Of a stretch of 64,000 bases of DNA, positions 14,476-26,100 are shown piece by piece; the first letter of the stretch is position 1; each line of letters starts with the position of its first letter. The DNA lies in the IMG/VR virus record IMGVR_UViG_3300005805_009925, positions 1,284-65,283 of that record; one strand, given 5' to 3'. This DNA comes from a virus (Duplodnaviria; Caudoviricetes). Under the pieces are notes generated by a model. The model did not search any database. It was not told the origin of the DNA and saw only the letters and a list, made by a program, of their open reading frames with translations. The translations under genes were made by a program, and so were the position numbers.

Positions 14476-15945
14476 ATGGCTAAACAACGAATAGACTACC
14501 TCAAGGTAGACCGACTGGATATTCAGGAGACGCTGGTCGCAGGCGGAACGAACATTGATATTGCTACTCTTGGTTCTGGTACCGATGAGAAGGCAAAGGT
14601 ATCATCGAATGATACGACCCCAGGATTTCTGAATGGGAAGCTGGTGGCAGGAACCAATGTTACTCTCACAGAGAATAACAACGGTGGCAATGAGACGCTG
14701 ACAATTAGTGCAAACTTTACAGACGCAGATGACAAGTCAAAAGTATCTGCGAATGATACGACCGCTGGTTTCCTGAATGGCAAACTAGTAGCTGGAACAA
14801 ATGTTACTCTCACAGAAAACAATAACGGTGGCAATGAGACACTTACCATCAGTGCAACAGTACCAGTAACGTCAGTCAATACACTAACAGGTGCAGTGAC
14901 TCTTACAGCAGCCAACGTAGGTGCAGCCCCAACATCACACACTCACGCTGCGTCCGACGTTACTTCAGGTGTGTTCGCAACAGCACGACTTGCTTCAAGT
15001 GGAACAGCTTCTGCGTCTACCTACCTACGTGGAGATCAGACGTGGGCTACGGTAGCTTCGGGCGGTGGATTGACAGGTACGAACTATGTCTATGTTGCAG
15101 CAGATGGAACAGATTTGCAAAATGGAACAGCTCTTTTGAATGCCTATACATCAGCCGTAGCAAAGACGCCATCAGCAAGTAAAAGAGTTACCGTTATTGC
15201 AGCGGCAGGTCGATACGACTTTAACGGCAGTACCTTAACTATGAATACCGCTTATGTTGACTTGGTATCGTTAGATGGTAACCGTAGTGTGATTTTAACT
15301 AACGGTAGTATCAATGTTACTGCCAACAATGTATTTGTTTGTGGCATAGACACATCGAATCAACGATTTCAAATTGCAACAAACCTTACCAATCTATACG
15401 TCAAAAACTGCATAGCGCTTGGTAGTAATTCTTTTGGTGGTAGTGGGATTGTTGTCTCAGGTAAGTTTGAAGATTGCGACGCTGGCAGCAATGGGTTTGG
15501 TGGTGAGTGTACTGCATCGGGAACATTTGTCAGATGTACAGGTGCAAATAATTCTTTCGGTGGGTTTGGTGGTACTGCATCGGGAATCTTTACAGACTGT
15601 ATTGCTTCTGATTATGGCTTCGCTGCAAATGGTGGAGCTGTATCATCAGGTACATTTTATAGATGCCGCGGTGGTTTCTTATCTTTTGGAGGCAGTTCAT
15701 CAATTTCATCAGGCACATACTACAACTGCATTGGAGGACGCTATGCCTTTGGTGGAAGTGCCCAAGTCAGAGGAAATTACTACAACTGCATTGGAGACGA
15801 AGGTTCTTGGAATCCCGATACTCCATCTAACTTTACAGGCAAATTGTATTACTGCAGAAAACTGGTTGGCGCATTTGATACGGTTGCAGTTGGTGGTCGC
15901 GTTTACTATTCAGTAGACGGCAATGGAAATGTAAACAATCAATAA
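14476..15945 (+). CDS. tail fibre/spike-like protein 1
   Basis: Gly/Thr/Asn/Ser-rich; duplicated N-terminal module; C-terminal FGG..G.F..C beta-helix-like repeats. Confidence 0.7.
   Translation: MAKQRIDYLKVDRLDIQETLVAGGTNIDIATLGSGTDEKAKVSSNDTTPGFLNGKLVAGTNVTLTENNNGGNETLTISANFTDADDKSKVSANDTTAGFLNGKLVAGTNVTLTENNNGGNETLTISATVPVTSVNTLTGAVTLTAANVGAAPTSHTHAASDVTSGVFATARLASSGTASASTYLRGDQTWATVASGGGLTGTNYVYVAADGTDLQNGTALLNAYTSAVAKTPSASKRVTVIAAAGRYDFNGSTLTMNTAYVDLVSLDGNRSVILTNGSINVTANNVFVCGIDTSNQRFQIATNLTNLYVKNCIALGSNSFGGSGIVVSGKFEDCDAGSNGFGGECTASGTFVRCTGANNSFGGFGGTASGIFTDCIASDYGFAANGGAVSSGTFYRCRGGFLSFGGSSSISSGTYYNCIGGRYAFGGSAQVRGNYYNCIGDEGSWNPDTPSNFTGKLYYCRKLVGAFDTVAVGGRVYYSVDGNGNVNNQ
14584..14856 (+). 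repeat. internal duplication, 144-nt period
   Basis: KVS(S/A)NDTT(P/A)GFLNGKLVAGTNVTLTENNNGGNETLTISA twice (14584-14712, 14728-14856). Confidence 0.9.
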
Positions 15946-15956
15946 GGTAAAACAAT

Positions 15957-16214
15957 ATGAACATCTATCATTCTAATCAAGAAGGTGTTTGGCTAACACC
16001 CAACCCCAATACTGGAGCAGATGAGCCGAAGTATATCTCAGCTGAAGAATCCGCCTCGGTTGCATTAAACCAACTATACGATGCTAATAAGCCTGCACTG
16101 CAAGAAGATGATCGGTATGAGTATATCTCTATGGATGTAAGCGAAGACTCTGGTTCGTACTGGGGAATCTTAAATTGCCGAGTCAATAATGAACACGTAC
16201 AAGTACGCTTCTAA
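15957..16214 (+). CDS. small protein after fibre 1, possible chaperone
   Basis: position and size only. Confidence 0.5.
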   Translation: MNIYHSNQEGVWLTPNPNTGADEPKYISAEESASVALNQLYDANKPALQEDDRYEYISMDVSEDSGSYWGILNCRVNNEHVQVRF

Positions 16215-16224
16215 AGGATAACCC

Positions 16225-17694
16225 ATGCACCCAAGAACCGAAGTCATACAATCAGGTAAGGTTCGTAACCTAGATGTTACGGAGTTGCTAACATACAGAG
16301 GAGTAGAAGTAGTACCAGGAGGAGGCGGTGGAGAACTCCCTATCGGATTCCAGTATGTTACTAATAGTCAGGCAATTAATCCCTATCTACCTGTATATAC
16401 CAGCCTTTTAGGCAATGCTGCAAAGTGGATCTGGTCGCAAGCCATTAACACTTTAATCAAATCAGGGATGGAAGGTTACGCATATACCCATTACTTTCCT
16501 CCAATAAACGTAGCAAACCAGTATAGGGTTATATTTGTGACTGGTGGAGTTGCTAATGTAGACAATAGTGTTTGCTCCTTTAGGTATACATCCACAACTG
16601 GAACAAGTTGGAGTACATTAGACTTGTGGACTGCTGGATCAGGAACTGCAAAATTTCGAGATCAAGCTAGTTATTTGTGTAGAGATTTATCCAATGGGGA
16701 TGTCTACCAACTTCCGACCTTAATTACAAATTTTATTTACAAAACTTCTGGAAGTACAGTTACACGATCTACCCTGCCACTAACTAGCCAATTCGACTCA
16801 TACGCCACAGCTTCATTGGCTGCGAGCAATGGAGTTATTTCAGTTACAAAAACGAATGCTGAGACAGGTGTTGTTACTCGCTGGTACTCATCCGATTTTG
16901 TTAATTGGCAGCAGGCAACTCTTGCAGCAGGACAGTCTGTATTAGCAGGTATGACAGATGATAGATTCTTTTCTTTTGCTGGGACCAGTACCGTCTGGTT
17001 CATGAATACAAGTGGAACAACGCAGTATTTTTCTTCTGACAATGGCGTAACATACACTTCATCTACCTTACCATTTACGCCAAGCTCATCTAGCTACGCA
17101 TTTTGTGTGAGTTCTGGTAAATATATACTTGGGAATAATTCAGCCACACTCTATACTTCTACTGATTTATCTAGCTGGACAACAGTATCAACTGGTCTTA
17201 CTAACCGTTCTGTGTCTTTGTTTGCTATCGATTCTACCGAGGTTTTTGCTTTAAGCTATTCAACGGCAACGAATAGCTTATTCTATTCGTCAGATAGTGG
17301 TGCAACTTGGAGTACCCTGACTACTAATCTGCCAAGTACGCATACGCAAAAACAAATCTTAAAAATTGGCAGCACGTATTACATCGTAACTCGTGATAGT
17401 AATTCTGGACTCGATGCAAGAATGGCTCTTTATAGCAGCACCGACAGAACTAATTGGACTTTGATATTCTCAGCTTATACCGTACTGAGTAGTACGGCAT
17501 CGGTTTCTAAAAATAAATTTAGTGCAAGTAATACTGCAACACATTGGAATTTTTGCGTCGATGTCGTGAACAACAATGTTGCCGTTGTAACTGGAAGATC
17601 TTTGCAGTATTACGATGGAACAAGCTGGACGCAGCATTCAGAATTGGCTGCTGCATTAACATTACCACCAAATGCATTCGTTAAAATAGCTTGA
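16225..17694 (+). CDS. tail fibre/receptor-binding-like protein 2 with BNR-type repeats
   Basis: repeated YSSDxGxTW / STDxxxW beta-propeller (Asp-box) motifs; Ser/Thr-rich. Confidence 0.7.
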   Translation: MHPRTEVIQSGKVRNLDVTELLTYRGVEVVPGGGGGELPIGFQYVTNSQAINPYLPVYTSLLGNAAKWIWSQAINTLIKSGMEGYAYTHYFPPINVANQYRVIFVTGGVANVDNSVCSFRYTSTTGTSWSTLDLWTAGSGTAKFRDQASYLCRDLSNGDVYQLPTLITNFIYKTSGSTVTRSTLPLTSQFDSYATASLAASNGVISVTKTNAETGVVTRWYSSDFVNWQQATLAAGQSVLAGMTDDRFFSFAGTSTVWFMNTSGTTQYFSSDNGVTYTSSTLPFTPSSSSYAFCVSSGKYILGNNSATLYTSTDLSSWTTVSTGLTNRSVSLFAIDSTEVFALSYSTATNSLFYSSDSGATWSTLTTNLPSTHTQKQILKIGSTYYIVTRDSNSGLDARMALYSSTDRTNWTLIFSAYTVLSSTASVSKNKFSASNTATHWNFCVDVVNNNVAVVTGRSLQYYDGTSWTQHSELAAALTLPPNAFVKIA

Positions 17695-17704
17695 GGCAAA
17701 CAAC

Positions 17705-17890
17705 ATGAAAACTATCGCATGGATCAATAACGTAAATAACATCGTAGTGGATGTTGTCCAATATGGCGAGGGTATATCAGTATCCGAATCACCGACTAGC
17801 TACCCTATTGAAGTTACTGAATCCGAGATACCTGTGATTGGTTCTAGGTACGACCTAGAATCTGGAACCTTTATTGCACAAGCTATTTGA
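17705..17890 (+). CDS. small protein after fibre 2, possible chaperone
   Basis: IVVDVVQ...IGSRYD...F pattern often seen next to fibre genes. Confidence 0.55.
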   Translation: MKTIAWINNVNNIVVDVVQYGEGISVSESPTSYPIEVTESEIPVIGSRYDLESGTFIAQAI

Positions 17891-17934
17891 GAACCGAAGT
17901 AATACAATAAGGTAAGGCACCAACCTTGGCAATG

Positions 17935-17961
17935 AAGCCTACCTTCGGGTGGGCTTTTTTT
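17935..17961 (+). terminator. intrinsic terminator
   Basis: aagcctacc-ttcg-ggtgggctt plus T-tract. Confidence 0.85.
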
Positions 17962-17979
17962 ATTTAGGTAAAATTTATT

Positions 17980-18024
17980 TTGAATATAACCGTGTGATAT
18001 GTAAGTTGCATTATTCACTTACAT
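17980..18024 (+). promoter_or_regulatory. recombinase promoter overlapped by an 8-bp inverted repeat
   Basis: TTG(17980)-N19-TAAGTTGC(18002-18009); atgtaagt(17999-18006)-N10-acttacat(18017-18024). Confidence 0.5.
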
Positions 18025-18040
18025 CTTAAAGGGCACTACG

Positions 18041-19000
18041 ATGGTTACATTCACAAGCGCAGCAGCAGTAGACGAGGGGCTGGAGCACTACTCACTACGA
18101 CCAAGCAAGATGACAGGGCGTCCACTTGCCGACACGACTGTACGCAGAATACGCTACTTCATGACACCTAAAGCCAAGGACGTATTCACGTCTGGGCTTA
18201 CTGGTCATGAGCTTATGATTGCTATTGACAGGGCGTTCGAGACTGAATCGAAGACGCACCGTAGCATAGGCATAATCATGATAGCACAGTTCGCAAACTA
18301 CTATGGACTGATTGACGACGAGGTGTATGCTTGGTGGTCTAAGGAAGGCGACAAGAGATATAAGCCAAACAAACCAGTAGCAGAGCGCATCATCCAACGG
18401 GATAAGCTCAAGCGTTACTTCGACCGCTTCCTTCAGGATGACCCTAATCACTTCACTGCAGCTAGGTTATATTGTTTCAGTAGCATCCTTCTGCTAACAG
18501 GAGCGCGTCAGCACGCCATCGTAGAGCTGAAGATGGATGAGTTCACCCTTACAGAGACGGAGATGACCATCAACATCAAGCGTCTCAAGTCTGCCAACTC
18601 AGCGATGCATACAATCCATGTTCCACTGGATGTGCTTCTTCCCAACGGCAGACCTTTCGGTGAGGCTCTCTATCGTTATCTTTCCCTGCGGTTCAACAAC
18701 GAATACTTCTTCATGGACACGGAGAACAGGCACGGCTCAGGACTTCACATGTCACTTCGCCATCAGATGGAACGTCATGGTAAGCTGGCAGACTGTGGTC
18801 ACATCACACCGCACATGTTTAGGTTTACCTGTGCGAGTATCATCAGCGATCACATTGGTGTACGCCAAGCACAGCAACTTCTCGGTCATACAAACATGAA
18901 GACAACGATGCGATACGCTGGACACTTCTACGATAATGTATCTAAATCAACAATCTCTAACGGCTTTAGTTCATTCACCAATCACTACAAGGCACAGTAA
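18041..19000 (+). CDS. tyrosine recombinase/integrase (XerC/D-like)
   Basis: LTGAR, H-x-x-R (PHMFR), LLGH and RY catalytic set. Confidence 0.92.
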   Translation: MVTFTSAAAVDEGLEHYSLRPSKMTGRPLADTTVRRIRYFMTPKAKDVFTSGLTGHELMIAIDRAFETESKTHRSIGIIMIAQFANYYGLIDDEVYAWWSKEGDKRYKPNKPVAERIIQRDKLKRYFDRFLQDDPNHFTAARLYCFSSILLLTGARQHAIVELKMDEFTLTETEMTINIKRLKSANSAMHTIHVPLDVLLPNGRPFGEALYRYLSLRFNNEYFFMDTENRHGSGLHMSLRHQMERHGKLADCGHITPHMFRFTCASIISDHIGVRQAQQLLGHTNMKTTMRYAGHFYDNVSKSTISNGFSSFTNHYKAQ

Positions 19001-19263
19001 TGCAAATCATTATCGTTCCTGCCTGCATCATTCTGTACTTCTGGGGTGTTGCTGCACTAGAGAAGAGCCCGACAATAGGTCACATCATGACTGTGCCTGC
19101 TCGAATTATGTGGATTGTATTATGCAGCATGGCTTGGCCTGGCATGCATGGCATACTTATGGGCTGTGGATTGGCATTGCTTATGAGTTTCGAGCGCAAT
19201 AGATTGTGGATGATTGGACTTGTACTCATTATCGTAGCGCAACTATGGCCTTACGTCGGGTAG
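19000..19263 (+). CDS. small multi-pass membrane protein
   Basis: 87 aa, almost entirely hydrophobic; TAATG coupling. Confidence 0.6.
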   Translation: MQIIIVPACIILYFWGVAALEKSPTIGHIMTVPARIMWIVLCSMAWPGMHGILMGCGLALLMSFERNRLWMIGLVLIIVAQLWPYVG

Positions 19264-20192
19264 AACTTAGCTTAGCAACAGATGAAATCAATGGTCCGTT
19301 TCCTACGGCTGATGCTGTCAGCGCGGTAGGGGCGGACACATTGAGTCTTATGTCTAAGACTGGAGGAATCTTCTGGGCAGATCATAGTAAGCAGTCATAC
19401 TATTCCTTCGGTGAAATCAATAGCAACTATGCTGTCAATACACCATGGACATACAAGATAGCACACCCAAAAGATGAATGCAGTGTGCAGTACGGCAGAG
19501 TTAAAATCATGCAGTACGATAGCGCATGCCTTATACTAGACTGCTTTACACGAGAGAACTATGTGTCGCGCACACTGCAACAGGCATTCGAGATAGCAGT
19601 ATATGTCGTTCACTTCTATCCAGACGACAGAGTTCTTCCAGATGTCGATGATGGTAAGGTTGTCATACTACCTAAAGTACATCCTACAAAGGCAGACTTC
19701 CAGCCTGTCGTAGCTTTGGAACAGGGTGGTGTATGGGTAGATAATTCTAAGGTTCCTGTATCCTTAGACAGAACAGTTACTGTCACGCTGGCTGATGCAG
19801 TGTCTCTACTGTACGGAGAAAAGCCATCTATAAAACTACTGGCTGATATAGCGATGACCTATCCGCAGGCACTCGTTGCTACATACGGATCACCGCTTAT
19901 CTGCTACAATCGAGATACCACCATACTATCAGTAGCGCAGAGCATAACGTCTCTTGCTCTGACACTGGGTATTAATCCTCACGATGCCTTCGATACCTTT
20001 AGCAAGAATAAGTCTGTTGGCAGCTACGCCATAGTGGGCGGTTGGGGTTACAACATGATGATGCAGGTATACCCAGACATGAATCAGGTAGCAGCAATAG
20101 ATCTAGCCCTAGCGTATTCCAGTTCTCCTGAAATCACTAGGGCTACCGTTGACCTATTACGTCTTAACGCTGGCGAGCTGTCCGACGGATGA
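19245..20192 (+). CDS. hypothetical protein
   Basis: long ORF; start likely ATG 19245; converges on and overlaps the giant gene by 29 nt. Confidence 0.65.
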   Translation: MALRRVELSLATDEINGPFPTADAVSAVGADTLSLMSKTGGIFWADHSKQSYYSFGEINSNYAVNTPWTYKIAHPKDECSVQYGRVKIMQYDSACLILDCFTRENYVSRTLQQAFEIAVYVVHFYPDDRVLPDVDDGKVVILPKVHPTKADFQPVVALEQGGVWVDNSKVPVSLDRTVTVTLADAVSLLYGEKPSIKLLADIAMTYPQALVATYGSPLICYNRDTTILSVAQSITSLALTLGINPHDAFDTFSKNKSVGSYAIVGGWGYNMMMQVYPDMNQVAAIDLALAYSSSPEITRATVDLLRLNAGELSDG

Positions 20193-23100
20193 GTCCCGTC
20201 TGGTATGCTCGTGCGTATATCTCGCCCAGCTTGCTGAGTGCAAAGTCACTAGCCGTAGGAGCTTCGAGACCGCCAGTTGGTTTGACCTGTACTTCACCAC
20301 CGTAATACTCTATCACGGCATCTCCTGCTGCACGGCTTCTACCCCACTGGTCTGCGTATGTCAGGAGCTTATTACGCATGCTCTCTGCTCCTTTACCCTT
20401 GAGCTCTGTCTCAGGTAGCACACCAGACATAGCAGCTTCAGCTAGGATTTGTCTGAATGGTACGACTTCACCATTTCCAAGATCAATGAGTTCATTGTTC
20501 CTGTACATAGTGTTTATGAAGTTACGTCCTTCTTCAATAGCTGGCTTGTAACTACGATAGCTTCTGGTAATCAGTGACTGCAAGGCTTCAGCATCACGCT
20601 CGAAGAGAGCTGCGTTTGATTGTTCCTTAACTCCCTTGCCACGCAGCCCAGCTCCGAATGATACGTATGGTGTAGCCACAAGGTCGTTAGCCCATGCCAG
20701 CTTATCGTTAGGTGTGTACAGTGGAGTTCCACCTTCACGAGCTACAAGCATACTGCGTGTGTCAGTCCAAGGCTTACCAAGGAATGTCTGCTTTGTAAGA
20801 TCCCAGCCTGATAGATAGCGAGGCTTTCCTGTGAATGGGTCGATGATTGCATTGCCATCACGATCGAGCTTGACTGCACCCTGTCCACCCCATGATGTAG
20901 GAGCAAGGTTGAGAGCTGTCTGGCTGATACGCTTGGCTGATGTAGGAAGTGCTCCTGCTATACTCCACATAAAGTCGTATGGCGTAGCATTTCCACCCAT
21001 CATGGATGCAATCTCACCAGCTGCATTAAAGATTCCCTTGCCTGTGCTTAGGATAGTTCCTGATGGAGCACCACCTGTAAGGATGTCGAGCACGCCAGCA
21101 CTAGCGTTCACATTGATGTCACGGTAGTATCGAATCAATCCTTCAGACCAAGCAGCACGAACGAAGTTCACTGCCTGCTTTTCAGGTATGCCATACTTAG
21201 CTGCCATGTCAGCGGCTAGTTTCTCCCATGTCTGACGCGGAGCAATCTTATCCAGCTTCTCGTTCTCATCATTGTTCATGTAGTGATAGAGATACTCAGC
21301 AAGGTATGCTATGTCAGCCAAGAGTACACCACCTGGTAGTGAGGCTGTGCTTGCAGCTCCACCGAGTAGGACTGTCAGGATAGAAGCACCCATCAGCGGA
21401 GCTGCTGCTCTTCCTAGCTTAGCGCCAGCGCCACCTTCTGTAGCTCCTGCACGCCTAAACATACCCTGCCATGAGTTCATAGCGCGTAGCATAGGGGCAG
21501 TCATCGTCATAGCCAGACGTCCACCAGGCTTTGACAAGAGCCAGTTCTCGAAGCGTGACTTGTTAATCTTATCCCAGTTACCTTGCTCAAACCCTCGGTT
21601 GAATACTAGGTAATCTGTCAGCTTGCCAATAAGTATGTCGGTCTCAGTCTCAATGCGGTTGAGCTTATCTACCTTCAAATCTATCTGGCGCTGGATGTTG
21701 TCAGCTTCCCTGCCAGTCATCGTTGCCTTTGTCTCACGTAGCTTCTCTATCTCACTAAGGATTAGCTTACGAGCCGCTTCGCTTTGTGCTGTGTTCTGCT
21801 TGTACGGAGACATTGCCTGAGAGACAACATCATTCTTCTGCCGTGCATTAAGGATAGCCCAGTCATTAGCAGTCAGACCGAACTTGTTCTCAGCATTAGC
21901 AGCAGCCATCAGAATAGAGCTAAAGTTATTCTGCTTCTCTACGAAGTTTGTGATTGCAGTTATACGCTCAGCTGCTACCTGTGCTTTTGTTCCAGTCTTG
22001 AGACCTTCGCGGATAGCATAGCTACCTATGACACCGCCTTGTTCAAGATTACTACGACGTACTGCATCGTACACCGTAGCCCAGTATCCTTGCTCAGTCT
22101 TTGGTAGCGTGCCGTAACCATCCTTCTTAGCGAGATACCTGATTGTTGTTTCAGGAGCAGCCATTGCAGCAATAGCAAATCCATACTGCTTAGGGCTAAA
22201 CAATCCGCCTGCCTTGAATCCTTCTACTGTTCTCCAGCCTGTCTCACCTTGCTCCTGCTTTGCGAAAACATGTGCTCGCGCGGCTGTCTCGCTAGGCATC
22301 CACTGAATCTCACCCTTGGTTCCGTCAGGGTTAGTGCGACGCACACCATACTTGGTTGATGCATCCTGCATACCATGAGCGAACGCCATCGTAGCACCCT
22401 GTACGCGGTTACCGATTGCGCTTCCAAGATTAGCAAACAAAGTACCCTGAGAAATCACACGGCTAATTTGAGACTCATAGTCGCTAAGCGTACCAATCAC
22501 ACTGTCATTAAATGTAGGGCTGTTGTACTCAAGCATACCATTGACATACTCACGCAGACCATTGTTGATGTTCCACCTATCGAGCCAGTCATTTGCATTC
22601 GAGATTGCCTCACGCAGAGATGTCTGCTGGTTGTAGTTCTTGATGCGAGCCTGCATAGATTCAAGTGATTGAACCGTATAAGCCGCCTTCTGAATTGCAG
22701 TCCAGTTACTGTCAGGATTATAGTAGCCAATCCAGTTGTTGCGCTTGACAAGGTTAGGAACGTAAGGATCTAGGTATGCTTCAGCCGCCTTGCGGATAGC
22801 ACCCATGTCAATCCATACTGTATCAATCTGTGTTCCATTAGCTGCGATAGTTTTATCACGATATGTATAGAACTTCTCAATCATGTCACGCAGTTGAGCG
22901 CGGTCAATAGGTTCATCAACACGAGATGAGATTGCATCCACAAGGTCGTCTACCTGCGGTGCATCCTTACCTGTGTACATCATGACCTCACCATTGTTCA
23001 CGTCAGCAAGGCTGGCATTACCTTTACCCTTAATATAGTTAGGGTTGATAGCGCCTTCACCAATTGTGCGTGATACAATCTGAGCCCGTGCGACATCGCT

Positions 23101-26100
23101 ACTTGCAAGCACTTGGTCGATAACCATCTGCGCTGCTGCTGTTCCACGTCGGATAGACTTCTTATTACGCATATCTTGGATTGTCTTCTGTGATCCAAGT
23201 ATATCATTCGTCTGGGCAAAACGCATGATTTCGGCATCGGTCATCTCTGACACTGGCTTGAAACCATCCATCTTGCTGAGCTCGTCATTGATAGAAGCGA
23301 TACGTGAATCCATATCTGGAGTCACATCTTCTGACTGTAAGATATTGTCAAGCTCATCTTGCAGGGCAGTACGCTTAGCAACCATCTTCTGGTACGAATC
23401 CATATTCTTGGTTGCCTTCATCACTGCCTCACGTAGATACTCCATGCGACCAAGTTCAGCATCAGTCATGTTGCTGTACTCACGACGTACAGAAGGTATC
23501 TTCGTATCCTTATCAAACTCAAGACGTAGTACGAATGGAGTCTTTCCATCACGATGTCGATTCATATACATGTTCGACATTGACTTGTCTATCATGGCAT
23601 CGAGCTGTTCGATGCGACCCATGCGCTTGTCTACGTTGCTAAGCTCACGAGTCATCTGGCGCATGTTAGCTTCTGCCTGCATCTTCTCTTTACGAAGGAG
23701 ACCTAGTTGCTCCTTGTATCCTGGCATGACTTCATTGAATGCGTCCCTACCATTAGTCTTAACAAAAGACTTGCGCTCTTGTACCAGTGCTTTGATTTGC
23801 TCATCAACAATATCACGAGCTTCTTTAGCAGCACCGTATGTTTCTGTTAGTGCATCCTTACGAATCTTCAGTTCACCGTAATGTTCCTCAATCTTCCAGC
23901 TGTTGATTCCCATTGACTTGGCAGTAAGAGAACGTAAGTCTTCCTTACGCAAACTATTTACTGCACGTTGGAATGACATGAAGTCATCCCACATCTTTTC
24001 ATCAACTACATCTTTAACTCCACGGCTTTCTTGTTTTACAACTTTACCATTTACTGTAAGTGTTGATTCGTACTCAGCAACTTGCTTAGTAAAGTAGTTC
24101 TTCTTGATGTCATCCATAACCTCTTGGCGTGCGAGAGCTAGTGCGCTTGCTGACATCTGGTCTGCCGTAAACTCAATCGCGCTCATCTCATAATCAGCAC
24201 GCCAGATAGCATCCCAGAAGTTGTCATCTTTCTGGTACTGACGGATGATGTTCGGAAGAACAGCATTGATAGGATCCTCAACAACCTTAACGAGCTGTCT
24301 AATCTGAGACTGCATAGCATTGTAAGGCTCGATGATATAGTCCTTAACAAACGGAGAGCGCATGCCAAGGTTGTTTATATCAGCAAAGTACTTAGACATA
24401 ATGCCTACCGTACCAGCTGAACTTGTCCTGCTTATCCTATTAAAGATGTCTGATATTTTTCCGCCTGATGCGTCAGCTTCAAACTGTGCATCAATGAACT
24501 GAGCCTTCGTCTGATTGTATTCGTCTGTGCCTGGCTTGATAGTCGGAAACCTTTCAGCCATAAACATATCAGCACGCTGGCTTTGCATCTCTGGTGTAAG
24601 ACGGGCAAATGAAGTGTATTTAGATTCAGCCAGTCTCTTACCTGCGTCAATAGTCTTACGCATAGAATCACCTACGCGAGCGCGGAATCCTACACGCTGT
24701 CCATGCTTAGCTCCTGTCTTGGTAGCTACGCCAAACAAACCAGCCATAGCATACTTCGTAGTCTCTCCATCACCCAAAAACTTCTTAGCAACAGAACCTG
24801 GTATGCCGAAGTATGTCTCGTCATCCTCCATCTTCTCAACATAATTGTCAAGAGCATAGAGTCCAGACGTGAGAATAGCTGAGCGCATGATAGGCAAGTT
24901 CCTTAGACCCATCAAAGGATTCTTAGGATTGCCTAACATGTTGTAGTCCATGATGTCACGGAAAGCCTTAGCACCATTGTCAGCATTGACATAGTTACTT
25001 AGCTGGTCATAGGCAAAGAACACATCTCCGTTCTTAGCCATGGTGCTTTCAATACGCTGTGCTATAGAAGTAGCATAGTCATCATCAAACTTTACGTTCT
25101 GTCCTGATGAACTATTCCAGCGGTCAAGCAGCTTAGTCTTCTGCTCTGGTTTCTTGCCAGACTTCTGCCATTCGACATAACGCCATACGTCACGTACATC
25201 ACTAATGCCTGTAGCTTTAGCTATAATTGCTGCATGCTCCTGAGCTTCAACGAACTTAGGAACATACGTGTCGTACATCTTGTCGAAGTATGAGTCAGGT
25301 ACGTTTGCTGAAATCTCATACAGCTTTTCAATTGGTGTACTGTAGGCCAGCTCTTCAGTTCGCTTAGCTCCCCTTGCTGCCGATGACTTGCCAGAACTAG
25401 GATTAGCTTTAGAAGAAAGCAGAGCATTGTCTACCGCTTCCTCCATCATTGCTCGTTTTTCTGGTGTCATCGTGCGAGCTAGATACAAATCACCTAGCGT
25501 CTGCCACGGACCAGATCCAGCTCTAGATATTAGATAGTTGCGGATGTCTGACTTAGTTAGCTTGAGGTTATCAAAGTCTCCAGACTTCTTGAGAATCTTT
25601 TCCGTGAAGTCAACGGCAGACCTGAGAGCTGGAATCCATGATGCACGCCATGTGCTGATGTGATCTTCGATAGTCCTAGAATCATCAACCAAGATTGGGT
25701 CTTCGCCTAGTGCTTCATACTCTGCTCTAACTTCGCTTGCTGCTTCCATCGGTATATCAGGCTGGTCTGGGTCAATCCTAGCCATGCTTGTTTCTTCATC
25801 AAACAAAGCACGGAACTCATCGGCTGATCCGTACAGCCTGTCCAACTTTGTCTTTGCCTCACGCCTTTCAGCTATCTCTTCGCGTACTACAGGGTCAAGA
25901 TTATTCCGTGTCGCATGATAAGCATCGGACATATCCTGAATGATAGACTTATCCTCAAAGCGAACAACATGCTCATTGTCAAGAGATGCTCTAGGCTTGA
26001 GAGATTTCTTGACTGCTTCGAGTGCATCGTCATAGCTTGACGTAGATAGCTGGTCACGTACAAAAGATTTGTAGGTATCGAACTGACCTATCCTATCCTG

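Noticed and set aside
14476-17694. Diversity-generating retroelement or shufflon acting on the fibres
   Set aside because: No reverse transcriptase, TR/VR pair or repeated inversion sites seen.
15940-17915. 11-bp direct repeat caataaggtaa flanking fibre 2 as a recombination site
   Set aside because: AT-rich 11-mer matches are expected many times by chance in 64 kb.
18003-18030. dif-like XerCD site upstream of the recombinase
   Set aside because: Match to the XerD arm TTATGTTAAAT is poor.
8047-19000. Integron (attC cassettes plus IntI)
   Set aside because: The motif lacks GTTRRRY/RYYYAAC core pairs and attC-type symmetry; nothing marks the recombinase as IntI.
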